Origin: a virus | Taxonomy: Duplodnaviria; Caudoviricetes | IMG/VR virus record: IMGVR_UViG_3300028603_000034 | Location: 11,147-75,146 of that record | Length of the DNA stretch: 64,000 nt | Reading direction: 5' to 3' (one strand) | Shown here: one piece after another, positions 47,530 through 58,620 of the stretch | Layout: the number at the start of each line of letters is the position of its first letter | Numbering within the stretch: the first letter of the stretch is position 1 | Notes under the pieces: generated by a model | Databases searched by the model: none | Seen by the model: the letters and a program-made list of their open reading frames with translations, nothing else | Told to the model about the DNA's origin: nothing | Translations under genes and position numbers: made by a program

Positions 47530-48336
47530 TTATACATTCCCATCTCGTATTAATGTATTATTTTTAATCTTAATATTTCCACCATTATCAACATCCATCT
47601 TTATACCGAAACAATCATTATAAGAAGAATACCTAATTACATTTCTATAAATATTAACATTTCTATATTCACCTACAAAATGTATTCCATTAAGTAAATC
47701 ACCAAATTGTATATTAGGATGATATATCAAATTATCATATATATTAATTCCAAAATTATTATCATTAGATTCACAATATATACCTATTACTTCATCACAT
47801 GGTGTTATTACATTATTATATATATCAACTTTATCCGAATCAATTATTTGAATATTACCCGAAGATATATTACAATCTCCAATAGTTGCAAAATTAGATT
47901 CTTCAATACGAATATAATCATTTGCATTACATCTTCTAATTACAATATTATCTACACCAGAAGCATATATTATAGGATTATCACCAATATTAGAACTCTT
48001 AGAAAAAGTAAGGTTTCTTACCGAAACATTATCACTTTCAATATTAAATCCTACATCTGAATTTATTACATTAACTGTAACATTTTCATCTACTACCTTA
48101 TCAAACCCACCAGCAATAATTCTAATACATTCTATTCTAACCGATCTATTTATATTAATAGTATCCATAGTATCATCTACGATAGTAGATGGAGATGTTT
48201 TCACTACCCTAATAACATCATTGTTTTGTAATACTATATTATTTAATAATGTATTAAAATTAGGAGACCCATTACGATTATTTCTATATTGAATTATCCC
48301 TGTTTTATTGTTTGGATTTATATAATATGTTGACAT
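47530..48336 (-). CDS. Right-handed parallel beta-helix protein
   Basis: Repeated V.I.NN.I motifs (NVSVRNLTF, DIYNNVI, NIYDNLI, NIYRNVI, IKNNTL). Confidence 0.75.
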   Translation of the reverse strand: MSTYYINPNNKTGIIQYRNNRNGSPNFNTLLNNIVLQNNDVIRVVKTSPSTIVDDTMDTININRSVRIECIRIIAGGFDKVVDENVTVNVINSDVGFNIESDNVSVRNLTFSKSSNIGDNPIIYASGVDNIVIRRCNANDYIRIEESNFATIGDCNISSGNIQIIDSDKVDIYNNVITPCDEVIGIYCESNDNNFGINIYDNLIYHPNIQFGDLLNGIHFVGEYRNVNIYRNVIRYSSYNDCFGIKMDVDNGGNIKIKNNTLIRDGNV

Positions 48337-51314
48337 TAAAAACCCCTAATAGTATTTCTTGTTTTAATAGTTGACCCTACTATTTCTCTATAATCATATT
48401 CTCTATTTATCCATTTAGAAGGTATTACTCTAATATGATCTCTTCTACCCTGCCACACAATAAACATATTATATGCAAATGATAGATATAAATTATTTGT
48501 CGATCTCAAATTAAAACTACTATCGTCTAAATTGTAAATAATACCATTTGATATTCTAGTTCCTATAAATCTAGTACTTTGAAAAAAGTCGTCACCGATC
48601 AATCCTCTACTCATATTAAATATTATCAACATCCAAGGACCTAAGTTTCTATACTGTTCAGGATTCAAATTATCATACCACGATGTTATTTCAAAAAATT
48701 TATCGGAATTTGATCTTAACCTATCAATCACTCGATAATTTTTACATCTATATACATCATTAAATCCACCTATATTTACATTATTAATATCATTACTACT
48801 TGATTCTATTCTTCTTCTAAATGTTTGATAACTAAATGGATTTTCTGGTGTACCAAATTCATAAGGCAAACCAATATTTGATTGTAAATTTATATAATTG
48901 AAACCAACCGTACTTGATGATTTAGTACTTATACTAATAATCTCACTTAATATAATCCAATCTTCATCTTCAGTTACTACATATATCCAATTGTTTTCAT
49001 CAAATGAGTATTGAATTACGAAATTATTATTTTGATTTTCTATTCTAAAATGTAATTCTCTTAAAGAATTAGGACATCTTAAATCTTTAACAAATCCACT
49101 TGGAATCTTATAATGAACGTCTTTTATTACTACCGAACCTGTAGCACCTGATCTATAAACAACTCTTATATTATCCTCATTATAATCCCATAGAATTTTA
49201 ATTAAATTATTAGGAAATCCTGCGGGTCTATAAATATTAAATTCAGGAATATCAAATCTCTCATTTCTATAAAATGAAAATTCAGAAGCGAAACCATTTC
49301 TACCAACATTATACATTAAAACTCTTTCTCGAAACGAAGAATCGACTGCTATTGCATTCCCAAACATATCAACCACATCATAATTATCTACAAACGTATT
49401 GTTCCAATTTTCATCTATACCATCCGTAAAATCATCATTAATAAAGAAATTGCCTGATATTTCTCCATCCAAAGACAAATCAACATAATATTCTTTTTTA
49501 ATATGTGGATGTATTATTAATGTTCTTTTTTCAGTAACAGTTCTACCATCTATCTGTATAGCAGATACATATATATCATATACTCCTGCAATTAAATATC
49601 TCATTTCTGATATGAAGCTTCCACCGGAATTTAAAAAATCACTGAATCCAGATGTTATATAATTCATATTGGTTGTATTTTTTTCAGAAAAATCTACATT
49701 AACTCTACTAAATATTTGAATACCCACATCAACAGATGTATTATTAGTAGCACTTAATGCAATTAAATCTAATGTTGATGCTGATGTTGTTATTTCATCA
49801 TCGTATATTTTTTCTCCCATTATTTGTTTAACTCTAAACAATTTAATATCGATACTTCCCAATACATCTAATTGAACATTTTGTTCAAGTTCAGATGAAA
49901 TTACATACCATTCATTATGTGAAACTATATCACAATGAACAGTAAATATTCTACTAACGGTATATGTATGAGTTACCGTTGTATCTGTAGTTGTTAATGT
50001 ATTATTATCTCCAAAATCCCAAATAAAAGAACTTGGTTGAAATTGTGATTCATATTGTTGTGCCGTTTTTATTTGTTCATCAACAAAATCCCAATAATTT
50101 ATTGTCAGGTTACTTTCTTCATTTAAGATAGATGGTGTAGGGTCTATTAAAATATTAAAATCCAACATCTCTGGGAAAATCAATGGACCAATACCATCCC
50201 TTCTACCAAAAGAATTATTAACATTAAATGTATTATCTGTATAACCTTTTACCGATATATTATCCCCATACCAATCATCATCCAAATAATAAAAATCAGT
50301 TTCATCTAATGTTGTTAAATCATCATCTAATATTGAAGGAATAACAAAATTAAATTGAGAATTATCATCTATTTGACTATTACTACGATTAAATAAATTT
50401 TCATAAGGAGAAGCAACATACACACTTGCTCCTGGTATATTCCAAAAACCTATTCGATCAATAGAATAAATCTTACTTTCTGATTCAGAAAACAAACAAG
50501 ATTCTGTTCTAAAAATCGTGTCAGTTAAAGCAGATGAAGTCCAAAAAGAACTAAACCCTGTAAATATAGAATTAATAAAATTTATATTAAAATTAGATTG
50601 TATATAAAATAATCCAGCACTATCATCATCTAAATAGAAAAATCCTCCATCTCTATCTTTATTATGAAATAATGAATTTATAACATCTACAACATCCCAT
50701 CCTGCAAGATCAACGGCTCTATCAAAAAAATCAGGAGTATCAAATTGTTTAGAAACAAAAACTTTCATATTATTAAATAGTAATTTTTTATTATCAACAG
50801 TATCTGTAGTTGTTATACATTGAAATCTACGATTGTCTATTATTTCTATTTCACCATTTAAAAGTTCTAATTTATTAGATACGGCAAAATCATCGTTCCA
50901 AATTATTCTCCAAGGTGATTGAACATTAAATGTATTAGTTGTTACTTGTTCAAATTCCCAATTGGTTATAGTTACCTTACTCTGTCTATTTGAAAATAGA
51001 CAAAATCCACCAAGACCAATGGTTTGTAATACTAATGGAATATCTTTAAATGAAGCATCTCTAATATCTCTACTACCCTTCAAATGAAAAACTTGTTCAC
51101 GATCTGATTGTGACAATATATGAGATTGTAACAAATAATTTCTAAATTCATTAAAAGTTAATGGTTCATCCTCGGAACCAATAAAATTATTTTCATCACA
51201 ATTTATTACTAAATTTTGATTGTCTAAATAAAATTGACTAGGAAATCTGTTATTCGTAGCAGATGTTTCTGTTTCCAATTCTAAATCTACATATATGTGG
51301 GTTTTTTGTGACAT
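48336..51314 (-). CDS. Large virion structural protein with PKD domain
   Basis: SFIWDFGDNNT...VTHTYT; repeated GSEDEPLTF/GTPENPFSY motifs; TATAAATA at 51325-51332. Confidence 0.75.
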   Translation of the reverse strand: MSQKTHIYVDLELETETSATNNRFPSQFYLDNQNLVINCDENNFIGSEDEPLTFNEFRNYLLQSHILSQSDREQVFHLKGSRDIRDASFKDIPLVLQTIGLGGFCLFSNRQSKVTITNWEFEQVTTNTFNVQSPWRIIWNDDFAVSNKLELLNGEIEIIDNRRFQCITTTDTVDNKKLLFNNMKVFVSKQFDTPDFFDRAVDLAGWDVVDVINSLFHNKDRDGGFFYLDDDSAGLFYIQSNFNINFINSIFTGFSSFWTSSALTDTIFRTESCLFSESESKIYSIDRIGFWNIPGASVYVASPYENLFNRSNSQIDDNSQFNFVIPSILDDDLTTLDETDFYYLDDDWYGDNISVKGYTDNTFNVNNSFGRRDGIGPLIFPEMLDFNILIDPTPSILNEESNLTINYWDFVDEQIKTAQQYESQFQPSSFIWDFGDNNTLTTTDTTVTHTYTVSRIFTVHCDIVSHNEWYVISSELEQNVQLDVLGSIDIKLFRVKQIMGEKIYDDEITTSASTLDLIALSATNNTSVDVGIQIFSRVNVDFSEKNTTNMNYITSGFSDFLNSGGSFISEMRYLIAGVYDIYVSAIQIDGRTVTEKRTLIIHPHIKKEYYVDLSLDGEISGNFFINDDFTDGIDENWNNTFVDNYDVVDMFGNAIAVDSSFRERVLMYNVGRNGFASEFSFYRNERFDIPEFNIYRPAGFPNNLIKILWDYNEDNIRVVYRSGATGSVVIKDVHYKIPSGFVKDLRCPNSLRELHFRIENQNNNFVIQYSFDENNWIYVVTEDEDWIILSEIISISTKSSSTVGFNYINLQSNIGLPYEFGTPENPFSYQTFRRRIESSSNDINNVNIGGFNDVYRCKNYRVIDRLRSNSDKFFEITSWYDNLNPEQYRNLGPWMLIIFNMSRGLIGDDFFQSTRFIGTRISNGIIYNLDDSSFNLRSTNNLYLSFAYNMFIVWQGRRDHIRVIPSKWINREYDYREIVGSTIKTRNTIRGF

Positions 51315-51323
51315 TTAGTATTC

Positions 51324-54170
51324 CTATTTATATAATACATTTACATTACTAAAATCTATTTTCACAATTTCAGAACCTAGTGAATATCCTCCTCTTATCA
51401 ATGTACCATTTTCAAATTCAGGTTCTATGTTTCCATGTGAATCTAACATATTAGATTTAATAACAAAACTCAAATCTTTATATATTCTATCTATTAAAAT
51501 TGTAAAATCTCTATTTATAAAAAATACATCTTCTTCGTTTGAAATACCAATAAATTCCTCTAATGATTGTTTAACATTAGAAGGAACCGTTGATAAATTT
51601 ATTTCTCTAATTATTCTATTATAAAAATCAGTAACAAAATTATCATAAAAGTTACGAACTGTTATTCCTGTTGTTAATTGATATGTCAACAGCCTCGTTG
51701 CAGGACTATGACCATATACAAATTTTCTGTCGTCATAAGCAATATACCCATTATCTACTGAATATCTATTAAAATATTGAACCAATGAATTAGTTAATAG
51801 AACATCTAATCTATTAGTATATTTAGTTAATATACTATCAGTAGAACCTATAAAATATCTATTGACATATATATTTCCATCAATATCCCTACCTCTAATA
51901 GTCCCCCCATCATCTATCCATCTACCTCTAGTAATATCAGTAGGAACAATTCTAATATTAGCATTATTAACACTTGGAAAATTTTCAATAATATCAACAA
52001 TATTAGATTTATGAATAGGAACATTAAAATCAGCATTTAAGTCTAACCATTCATATATAGCATTTCCTATTTCTCTTTTTTCTTCATCTCTATCATATAA
52101 TGATCTTAGATATATATTTCCCTCAATATTAAAATTATGTATAGTTGGAGACACATATACATTCCTAACTACCATTTGTGATCTTGAATCTAAGTCCTCA
52201 ATTACCTGTATTATCTTATTACTAATTACTTTATCTTCTACTGTAATTGATAAAATCTCACTACACCCCTCTATTAATCTAACAGAATTAAACAATGCAG
52301 ATGTTTGTCTAGTCGTACCATCGATTCTTCTAGATGATAATATAGAAGTTAATTTACAAGGAGAATCTTTATCAAATATTATTTCAATTCTTTTTTGATT
52401 TTCATTCCATCTAACTTCATCCACCAAAAATGCAGGTTGACCCAAATTTTCATTATCTAAAGAACTTCCTCTAGTATCAATAACATCATTTAATGTATCT
52501 TTAATAAATTCAAATAATCCTGTCTTAGTATCGATTGTCCAATCTAAGTCATCTATTAATTTAATTTCTGTAATATTATTTGAAAATTTATCATCATCAG
52601 AAGTATATTCTATTATAAGAGATAAATCAGTATTCGGCAATTGATTAAATAATTCATCATAATCTAAATCTGAACCATCAAAAAAATCATCTATCTCGTC
52701 AAAATTTCTTCCATAAAAAACATTAAATGTTTCTTTTATTTGATATAATTTTAATTGTTGAGCTATTCTTTGTCTTGAATATACATTAAAATATGATTGA
52801 TCATTTATACTATCTTCTTGAAAATCAATATCCAATAATGCAGAATCTAAATCTGTTTCAGGAGTCTTAACAATAAATGTATCTCCTTCTAAATCATATA
52901 GACTTCCTAATACAGTAAAAAATGCAACATTAAAAGATTTCATATCAGCAAATGTTTTCAATCTATCTCTTTGTTCTTGTTCTCCCCAAGCAATAGCATT
53001 CTTTACATTAATTGGAGTTGTTAAGGATTTTAAATATGCTATATAATCATCCTTAGATACTAATCTATCTAAAGCATAGTATATCTTAGGAGCAGAATAT
53101 TTAATTGATTCAGAAGATTCAAAATCCGATCCACCAGTAATATTACTAAGTAAATTAAAAGATATTAAATCCGAAATATCTTCACCTTCAGCAGTAAAAA
53201 TATTTCCATTATATTCTATTTCATTACCAATAACACCTATCTGATTTGATTCTGATCCATTTGTTGCTAAATATTGGATGTATATATTATCCTTTCTTGT
53301 TATTGGACCTTTTTCCGCAAACCGACCATCACCAAATAATAATTCTACAAATTCATCTGGAGTTGTTCTAATAACACATATTCTAGCAGCACTATCTATA
53401 TCTCTATTTCTAAAAGATTCCCAATTAATTAATGATCTTCTATCTATTTCAAATCTTGTATCTTCATTTTTTACATCACCAACATATACCCTAGTTACTT
53501 TATTGTGAAATATGTCGTTATCCCCATAAAGATTACTAAATTTTAAATCTTCTATTTTATAAATTTGAAAATTCGATCCTACTTGATTATTAGTAGCACC
53601 ATTAATAACTTTTTCTTTAATAATCCCTTCTACTATTTCAATATCTTGTCCAAATGAATCTTGTGTTATATCTAGAGTAAATATATCTGTATCGTCATTT
53701 GATTGTGTATCTGCAATATCATTCAATACATTATTTGGAATACGAAATGTTAATGTTTGTCTCAATACAAAATTATTATTGTCTGCTGTAAATGTTGAGA
53801 AATATGGTATTTGAATTACATTTTGTTTTCCTGAACCAAAAGCATTACGAAAATCTCCATATTCACCTTCTAATCTCATAGATATTCTTGCTCTTGCAGG
53901 AGATGGTCTAGATGGTACATATCCTAATTGTCTTGCTAAAGAAATATTAGAACTTCTTAATTGAGCAAAATCAAAAAAGTTTTCTTCTGCTCTTCTCTGA
54001 ATATAGTAATTATTAATATCAGTAGTTCCAGCAAATATTTCTAATAATGTTTCTGCAATTGCCGATTCTCTAAAATTATCAAATCTACTATCAGAAGCAA
54101 GTTTATCTGTTATTTGTCGTAGAATAGTATTAACATCTAATCCTGTATATTTTAAATTATTTCTAGACAT
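51324..54170 (-). CDS. gp6: Baseplate wedge subunit (T4 gp6-like)
   Basis: LARQLGYVP, VELLFGDGRF, YLATNGSESN, GGSDFESSESIKYSAP, RLVSKDDY. Confidence 0.88.
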   Translation of the reverse strand: MSRNNLKYTGLDVNTILRQITDKLASDSRFDNFRESAIAETLLEIFAGTTDINNYYIQRRAEENFFDFAQLRSSNISLARQLGYVPSRPSPARARISMRLEGEYGDFRNAFGSGKQNVIQIPYFSTFTADNNNFVLRQTLTFRIPNNVLNDIADTQSNDDTDIFTLDITQDSFGQDIEIVEGIIKEKVINGATNNQVGSNFQIYKIEDLKFSNLYGDNDIFHNKVTRVYVGDVKNEDTRFEIDRRSLINWESFRNRDIDSAARICVIRTTPDEFVELLFGDGRFAEKGPITRKDNIYIQYLATNGSESNQIGVIGNEIEYNGNIFTAEGEDISDLISFNLLSNITGGSDFESSESIKYSAPKIYYALDRLVSKDDYIAYLKSLTTPINVKNAIAWGEQEQRDRLKTFADMKSFNVAFFTVLGSLYDLEGDTFIVKTPETDLDSALLDIDFQEDSINDQSYFNVYSRQRIAQQLKLYQIKETFNVFYGRNFDEIDDFFDGSDLDYDELFNQLPNTDLSLIIEYTSDDDKFSNNITEIKLIDDLDWTIDTKTGLFEFIKDTLNDVIDTRGSSLDNENLGQPAFLVDEVRWNENQKRIEIIFDKDSPCKLTSILSSRRIDGTTRQTSALFNSVRLIEGCSEILSITVEDKVISNKIIQVIEDLDSRSQMVVRNVYVSPTIHNFNIEGNIYLRSLYDRDEEKREIGNAIYEWLDLNADFNVPIHKSNIVDIIENFPSVNNANIRIVPTDITRGRWIDDGGTIRGRDIDGNIYVNRYFIGSTDSILTKYTNRLDVLLTNSLVQYFNRYSVDNGYIAYDDRKFVYGHSPATRLLTYQLTTGITVRNFYDNFVTDFYNRIIREINLSTVPSNVKQSLEEFIGISNEEDVFFINRDFTILIDRIYKDLSFVIKSNMLDSHGNIEPEFENGTLIRGGYSLGSEIVKIDFSNVNVLYK

Positions 54171-54191
54171 ATATTCTTTCCTATCATTAAA

Positions 54192-54575
54192 TTATTCTCG
54201 TATTACTTTATAAAATTGACCTTTTAAATTTCTCTGTTTTATTATATAAGGAATTGTTATAGTTGCTGTATGTGTATCTGGATCAATTTTTAATTTTATC
54301 TCATCATTCAATACTATTATTCTATCTTCCCATAATTTAATAGCATTTGTTGTATCATCTAATAGTTGGTCATAAAAACTAACATCCATAACATTAAATA
54401 ATCTTCTTGAAAAATTAGAACCAAAACTAGGTCTAAATAGTCTCTCTCCTGGTGTAGTTGCTAATATCATTTCAATACTTTGATTTATCACATCTTCATT
54501 AACAATCTCACCCTTAGACAATGTTTTAATATCTAAGTCATATGCCCAATCATCTGTAAATCTTTTTATATTCAT
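54192..54575 (-). CDS. gp25: Baseplate wedge protein (T4 gp25-like)
   Basis: INQSIEMILATTPGERLFRPSFGS...IKLWEDRI. Confidence 0.92.
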   Translation of the reverse strand: MNIKRFTDDWAYDLDIKTLSKGEIVNEDVINQSIEMILATTPGERLFRPSFGSNFSRRLFNVMDVSFYDQLLDDTTNAIKLWEDRIIVLNDEIKLKIDPDTHTATITIPYIIKQRNLKGQFYKVIRE

Positions 54576-54729
54576 CTTTATTCCATAATTATAGGTGTTA
54601 ATATTTTAAGTTCTTCTCCAGTCAAAATATCATCTGATATAGAATCAACATCTATCTTTTTAAATTCAATGTCACATTCTTCATCTAATACTACTGTTTC
54701 AATTGATTAACATATCTATATTTATATTT

Positions 54730-55173
54730 TTAATTAATATTATCACCACGTAAGATAATTGGTGTTAGATTTGGTGTCCCTGTTGCTTGACCAACTACTG
54801 ATACTATAAAACTATTTGGTGGTATAGTTACTTCTAAATTATCTTTTATATGTTGTACTACTTCTTCACTTATAGTCTCTACTAATTTCTGAACAACCTT
54901 ACGAACAATAAGGTCTACAATAATTTCCAGTCCTGTATATTTAGTACCCTCATAAGTCATAGTTCTAAATGCGTCATCAAATATAAAAGCATTTTGATTT
55001 GATCGTATTGTTACTTTACCTGTTTCCTCATTAACATCAACAGCACTTGTAGTTACTCCTCCTAATTCTTCTATTATTAAGTTAGTAATAGTTTTTCCTT
55101 CGATTTCATTATCTCTCAATGATCTTAATATTGAATCTCTCAATTCGCTAGAATCTAAACCACTCATAATCAA
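54730..55173 (-). CDS. Hypothetical baseplate-region protein
   Basis: ORF track; lies between gp5-like and gp25-like genes. Confidence 0.6.
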   Translation of the reverse strand: MIMSGLDSSELRDSILRSLRDNEIEGKTITNLIIEELGGVTTSAVDVNEETGKVTIRSNQNAFIFDDAFRTMTYEGTKYTGLEIIVDLIVRKVVQKLVETISEEVVQHIKDNLEVTIPPNSFIVSVVGQATGTPNLTPIILRGDNIN

Positions 55174-55182
55174 TCTCCTTTA

Positions 55183-55857
55183 TTAAGCACCAGGACCACA
55201 ACGTCTTCCAATATGAGGCGCACCTGTTAATGGACATATAGGGATAGCATTATATGGTCCCTGTGTATCAGGTATAACGAATCCACCATCATCTTCTAAG
55301 AATAATTTATGTTTTGTTTTAATACTCATATTAGAATCAATCTCAACATTTCCCAATCTATCAATATGTATCTTTGTTCCACTTGAATGTGTGAATGTTG
55401 TAGTATGCCTTCTTCTATTTATTTCAAATGTATCCCCATTATCTGTTTCATAAAAAATCATATTATCAGGATAATCATCATCTTTGTTTTTTGGCATATT
55501 TCGTTCATCAACAACTTTATTTATATATCTCGGTAAATACCTATCACCCTTCTCAAAATAAACACTAACAATAGTCCCAACAGGAGGAACTATAAATGAA
55601 CCTTTAAGACTTCCAACAAAACCAAAATCTGGTAATGCCCAAGGCAAATCATCATCTTTTATTGTATTGTAATGTTCGGTAAATACTCTAACTTTACATC
55701 TACCCAATCTACCCGGATCATTATTATCTACAATTTTTGCAGTAAATACAGTAACTCTACTTCCATCTTCATTATCTTCTGGATAAAGAAATTCATTTAA
55801 GTTTTCATCCAAATCTTTAGATATCATATTTTTAATTTCATCATTTATATTTTTCAT
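55183..55857 (-). CDS. Baseplate spike/hub protein (gp5 OB-fold, no lysozyme domain)
   Basis: NNDPGRLGRCKVRV, LPWA, VPPVGTIVSVYFEKGD..P.Y; C-terminal CPLTGAPH metal-binding tip-like motif. Confidence 0.8.
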   Translation of the reverse strand: MKNINDEIKNMISKDLDENLNEFLYPEDNEDGSRVTVFTAKIVDNNDPGRLGRCKVRVFTEHYNTIKDDDLPWALPDFGFVGSLKGSFIVPPVGTIVSVYFEKGDRYLPRYINKVVDERNMPKNKDDDYPDNMIFYETDNGDTFEINRRRHTTTFTHSSGTKIHIDRLGNVEIDSNMSIKTKHKLFLEDDGGFVIPDTQGPYNAIPICPLTGAPHIGRRCGPGA

Positions 55858-55866
55858 TATAAACTC

Positions 55867-57084
55867 CTAAACAACAGCATATTGTTGATCTATTTCCGAT
55901 CTATTTATTCCATTTCTACTCAATATTAGATATCTTCTATACGTATTTCCATATGTAATTGTATGAACTATTCCAATCACAAGATAATAACCAGAATAAA
56001 CATCATTAATTTGATTTGTATTTGCAACAAATATAGAAGGAATATATAAATTAATTTTATCAAATAATTTAACATTGGTTAAACCATCTACAGAAATACT
56101 TATATTTTGTGCAAAGAACTCTCTTCTCAAATTTCTATTTTGTGTTTTTGCCTTATCGTAATTATTATATAGATTCAAATTTGATTTAACAGTACCCATA
56201 TCAGAAGATTTACCTTGTATTGTATGATAATCTATATCTCTATTATATAGTTGAGTCATTTTTCTCTTAGGAAAAGAAAATCCAGATGTTAAATTACCTC
56301 TCAAATCATATCCTTTAAATCCTTCCCCATACATAGTAATTTTGTGATTAAGTCCCACCAAATTCATAATATCATATCTATCATAGTATATTGCATTAGG
56401 ATTGTCTGGATCAAGGTAAAATGATTGAGCTTTATCTACATCAAAAAATGCTTTAAAATCTTCTCTTTTTTCCATCTCAAAATTTAATGAAGTACATACA
56501 AAATTATTTCTAGTTGTCCCATAATAAAAAATAGTATCATCATTTTTATAACTTCTCTGTAATATATGTTTAATAAAATCATAATTATTAGTATTTATTT
56601 GATACCATCTCATTCTATCGTTCGTTTGTATATTATGAGGATTTACAAAATCATATTGTAATTCATTTGTTATTGTTCTTAATACATTCACAGAATTATT
56701 AAAAAATGCTCTATCTCTTGATGGGAAAAACATTTCATTAGTATCTAAGTAACCAACCATTTTTATTATACTTGTTCTTTGTGTTGTATTTGGTTCTGCA
56801 ATAAAATCACTTATTACAAAATTACAATCTAACATAACATCATCAAATTCTGATTTAGATATTATTATTCTCATTACATCACCATCGGTTAATGGAAAAG
56901 TCTCTAATAATCCTCCTCCATCTCCAATAGTTAATTCTAATTTAGGAAGAATAGATAACACATTTTCTCTTATGAGAATAGATATTAAATTTTCTTTTGT
57001 TATTATAAATCTATCATTATTATTACCTGATTCCTGTTTATCTCTCATTTCAAGACTTATATAAAATTGTTGTTTTTCAGACAT
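55867..57084 (-). CDS. Baseplate hub protein (gp27-like)
   Basis: Size and position; IRENV...PKLELTIGD; C-terminal YSGYYLVIGIVH. Confidence 0.65.
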   Translation of the reverse strand: MSEKQQFYISLEMRDKQESGNNNDRFIITKENLISILIRENVLSILPKLELTIGDGGGLLETFPLTDGDVMRIIISKSEFDDVMLDCNFVISDFIAEPNTTQRTSIIKMVGYLDTNEMFFPSRDRAFFNNSVNVLRTITNELQYDFVNPHNIQTNDRMRWYQINTNNYDFIKHILQRSYKNDDTIFYYGTTRNNFVCTSLNFEMEKREDFKAFFDVDKAQSFYLDPDNPNAIYYDRYDIMNLVGLNHKITMYGEGFKGYDLRGNLTSGFSFPKRKMTQLYNRDIDYHTIQGKSSDMGTVKSNLNLYNNYDKAKTQNRNLRREFFAQNISISVDGLTNVKLFDKINLYIPSIFVANTNQINDVYSGYYLVIGIVHTITYGNTYRRYLILSRNGINRSEIDQQYAVV

Positions 57085-57410
57085 TATTCAGAACCTCTCA
57101 AATTCTTAACAGCTAAATAATATTCCTCAATATCTTCTACACTAGGAACTATTAAATCCATTCCTATAAATACATCATTATACCAATCGTTTATCATATT
57201 TATTTTAGATAAAATCCACCACCAATCAATTCTATTATAAATTCGTAATGAACACAAATCAGGCCTTCCTATATCCGATCTATATATCATTTCAAATCTA
57301 ATGGGTCTAATAACTTTAAATAATTCCCAATAACTACTAAGCAAATCCTTTTCTAAAAAATTATTTACCTCATAATCTTTCATAAATTTTTCTCTGTTAT
57401 ATTTTGACAT
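57084..57410 (-). CDS. gp53: Baseplate wedge protein (gp53-like, LysM-related)
   Basis: GRPDLCSLRIYNRIDWWWILSKIN...GMDLIVPS. Confidence 0.8.
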   Translation of the reverse strand: MSKYNREKFMKDYEVNNFLEKDLLSSYWELFKVIRPIRFEMIYRSDIGRPDLCSLRIYNRIDWWWILSKINMINDWYNDVFIGMDLIVPSVEDIEEYYLAVKNLRGSE

Positions 57411-57418
57411 AATATAGT

Positions 57419-58606
57419 TTATCCTCCCATTAAACCATCTATAGTTACAGCATTAGTATCGGTTTCTCTTACCGCAAAAGATGGCCTTTCATCAATATCA
57501 AAATCACCAAACACAAAAGTCTGACTGATTTGTGTTGTTGCATCTCCTATAGGGACTGGAGATTTTAAAATTCTACCATCTTCTTCGTTGTTAGATTCAG
57601 ATAAATTAGTTTCTTTTGTTTGTTCGTTTGATTTTTGTAATGTTACCCTTTTATTTGGAACAAAACCAGAATGATTCTCGTGATCTATTATAGAACCTCG
57701 AACACCTATATCTGACAAATTTCTAATAATTTTTCTAGATTTCATTTGTAACATAATATCTACATACAATGGACCAAATTCACTAATCTCTTTAGAATAT
57801 TCAAATGTTGCATTCTCTATTACCATATCATTTAAATAAAACCATTGACCAATTTGTATTGATATTGGAGGGGGTGCTGCTTGTAATGTAAGTACATCAC
57901 TTATTCCATCTACAACAGGATTAACTACATTTCTTGCAAAATTCTGTACTGGTCTTACCAATTCACCATGTATAGGCAAATTACCTATTTTGTCTATTCC
58001 CTTGTCGAAAGCTCCTTTCATTATTTCCTCACCACGTCCTCCTATTTCCCCTGTAATATTACCCAATTCCTCACCTCTATCAGCAATATTATCATCTTTT
58101 TCTTTTGGTAATAAAAATTTAGATATCAATTGTGTAGCTGTTAATGGTTGGCTTCTATCGTTAGTATCTCCCCAATCAATAACTCTAAAGTGTGGTGTTA
58201 TTTCTAAATATCCATTTTTTCTCCATAATAATCTACTAGCCCAGTGAGCTCCGACATCACCACCACCAACTATTCTAGAAAAATTACTAACAGTATCAGC
58301 AAACATAGAGGCAAATGGAATAGCATTAAATCCCATTTCTTGCCAATCAGATGACACACTAATTTTAATCTGATCCAACATAACACCTTTAATTAATCCA
58401 TAATAAACAGGATCATCTTGCCAAGTATACACTGGATTTGCTTGTATAACTATAGCGCTATGACCATCATAAAAATTAGATTTTTGTTTAGTCATAGGCA
58501 ACGCATTTTTATACGTTTCTTTAGTAAAAATAGCAGGTTTCCTTGATGATGATACTCTTTGTTGTGCTTTTCTTAATATTTCTTCTTGATTAAATTGAAA
58601 TGGCAT
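57419..58606 (-). CDS. Baseplate/tail-tube junction protein (gp48/gp54-like)
   Basis: Position; APPPISIQIGQWF...VIENATFEYS...GPLYVDIML. Confidence 0.5.
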   Translation of the reverse strand: MPFQFNQEEILRKAQQRVSSSRKPAIFTKETYKNALPMTKQKSNFYDGHSAIVIQANPVYTWQDDPVYYGLIKGVMLDQIKISVSSDWQEMGFNAIPFASMFADTVSNFSRIVGGGDVGAHWASRLLWRKNGYLEITPHFRVIDWGDTNDRSQPLTATQLISKFLLPKEKDDNIADRGEELGNITGEIGGRGEEIMKGAFDKGIDKIGNLPIHGELVRPVQNFARNVVNPVVDGISDVLTLQAAPPPISIQIGQWFYLNDMVIENATFEYSKEISEFGPLYVDIMLQMKSRKIIRNLSDIGVRGSIIDHENHSGFVPNKRVTLQKSNEQTKETNLSESNNEEDGRILKSPVPIGDATTQISQTFVFGDFDIDERPSFAVRETDTNAVTIDGLMGG

Positions 58607-58620
58607 TTATATCATTCTCC

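Noticed and set aside
46656-48336. One beta-helix gene split by a frameshift
   Set aside because: Both junction frames contain stops, and the downstream ORF has an AGGAA-ATG start like neighbouring genes; treated as two genes.
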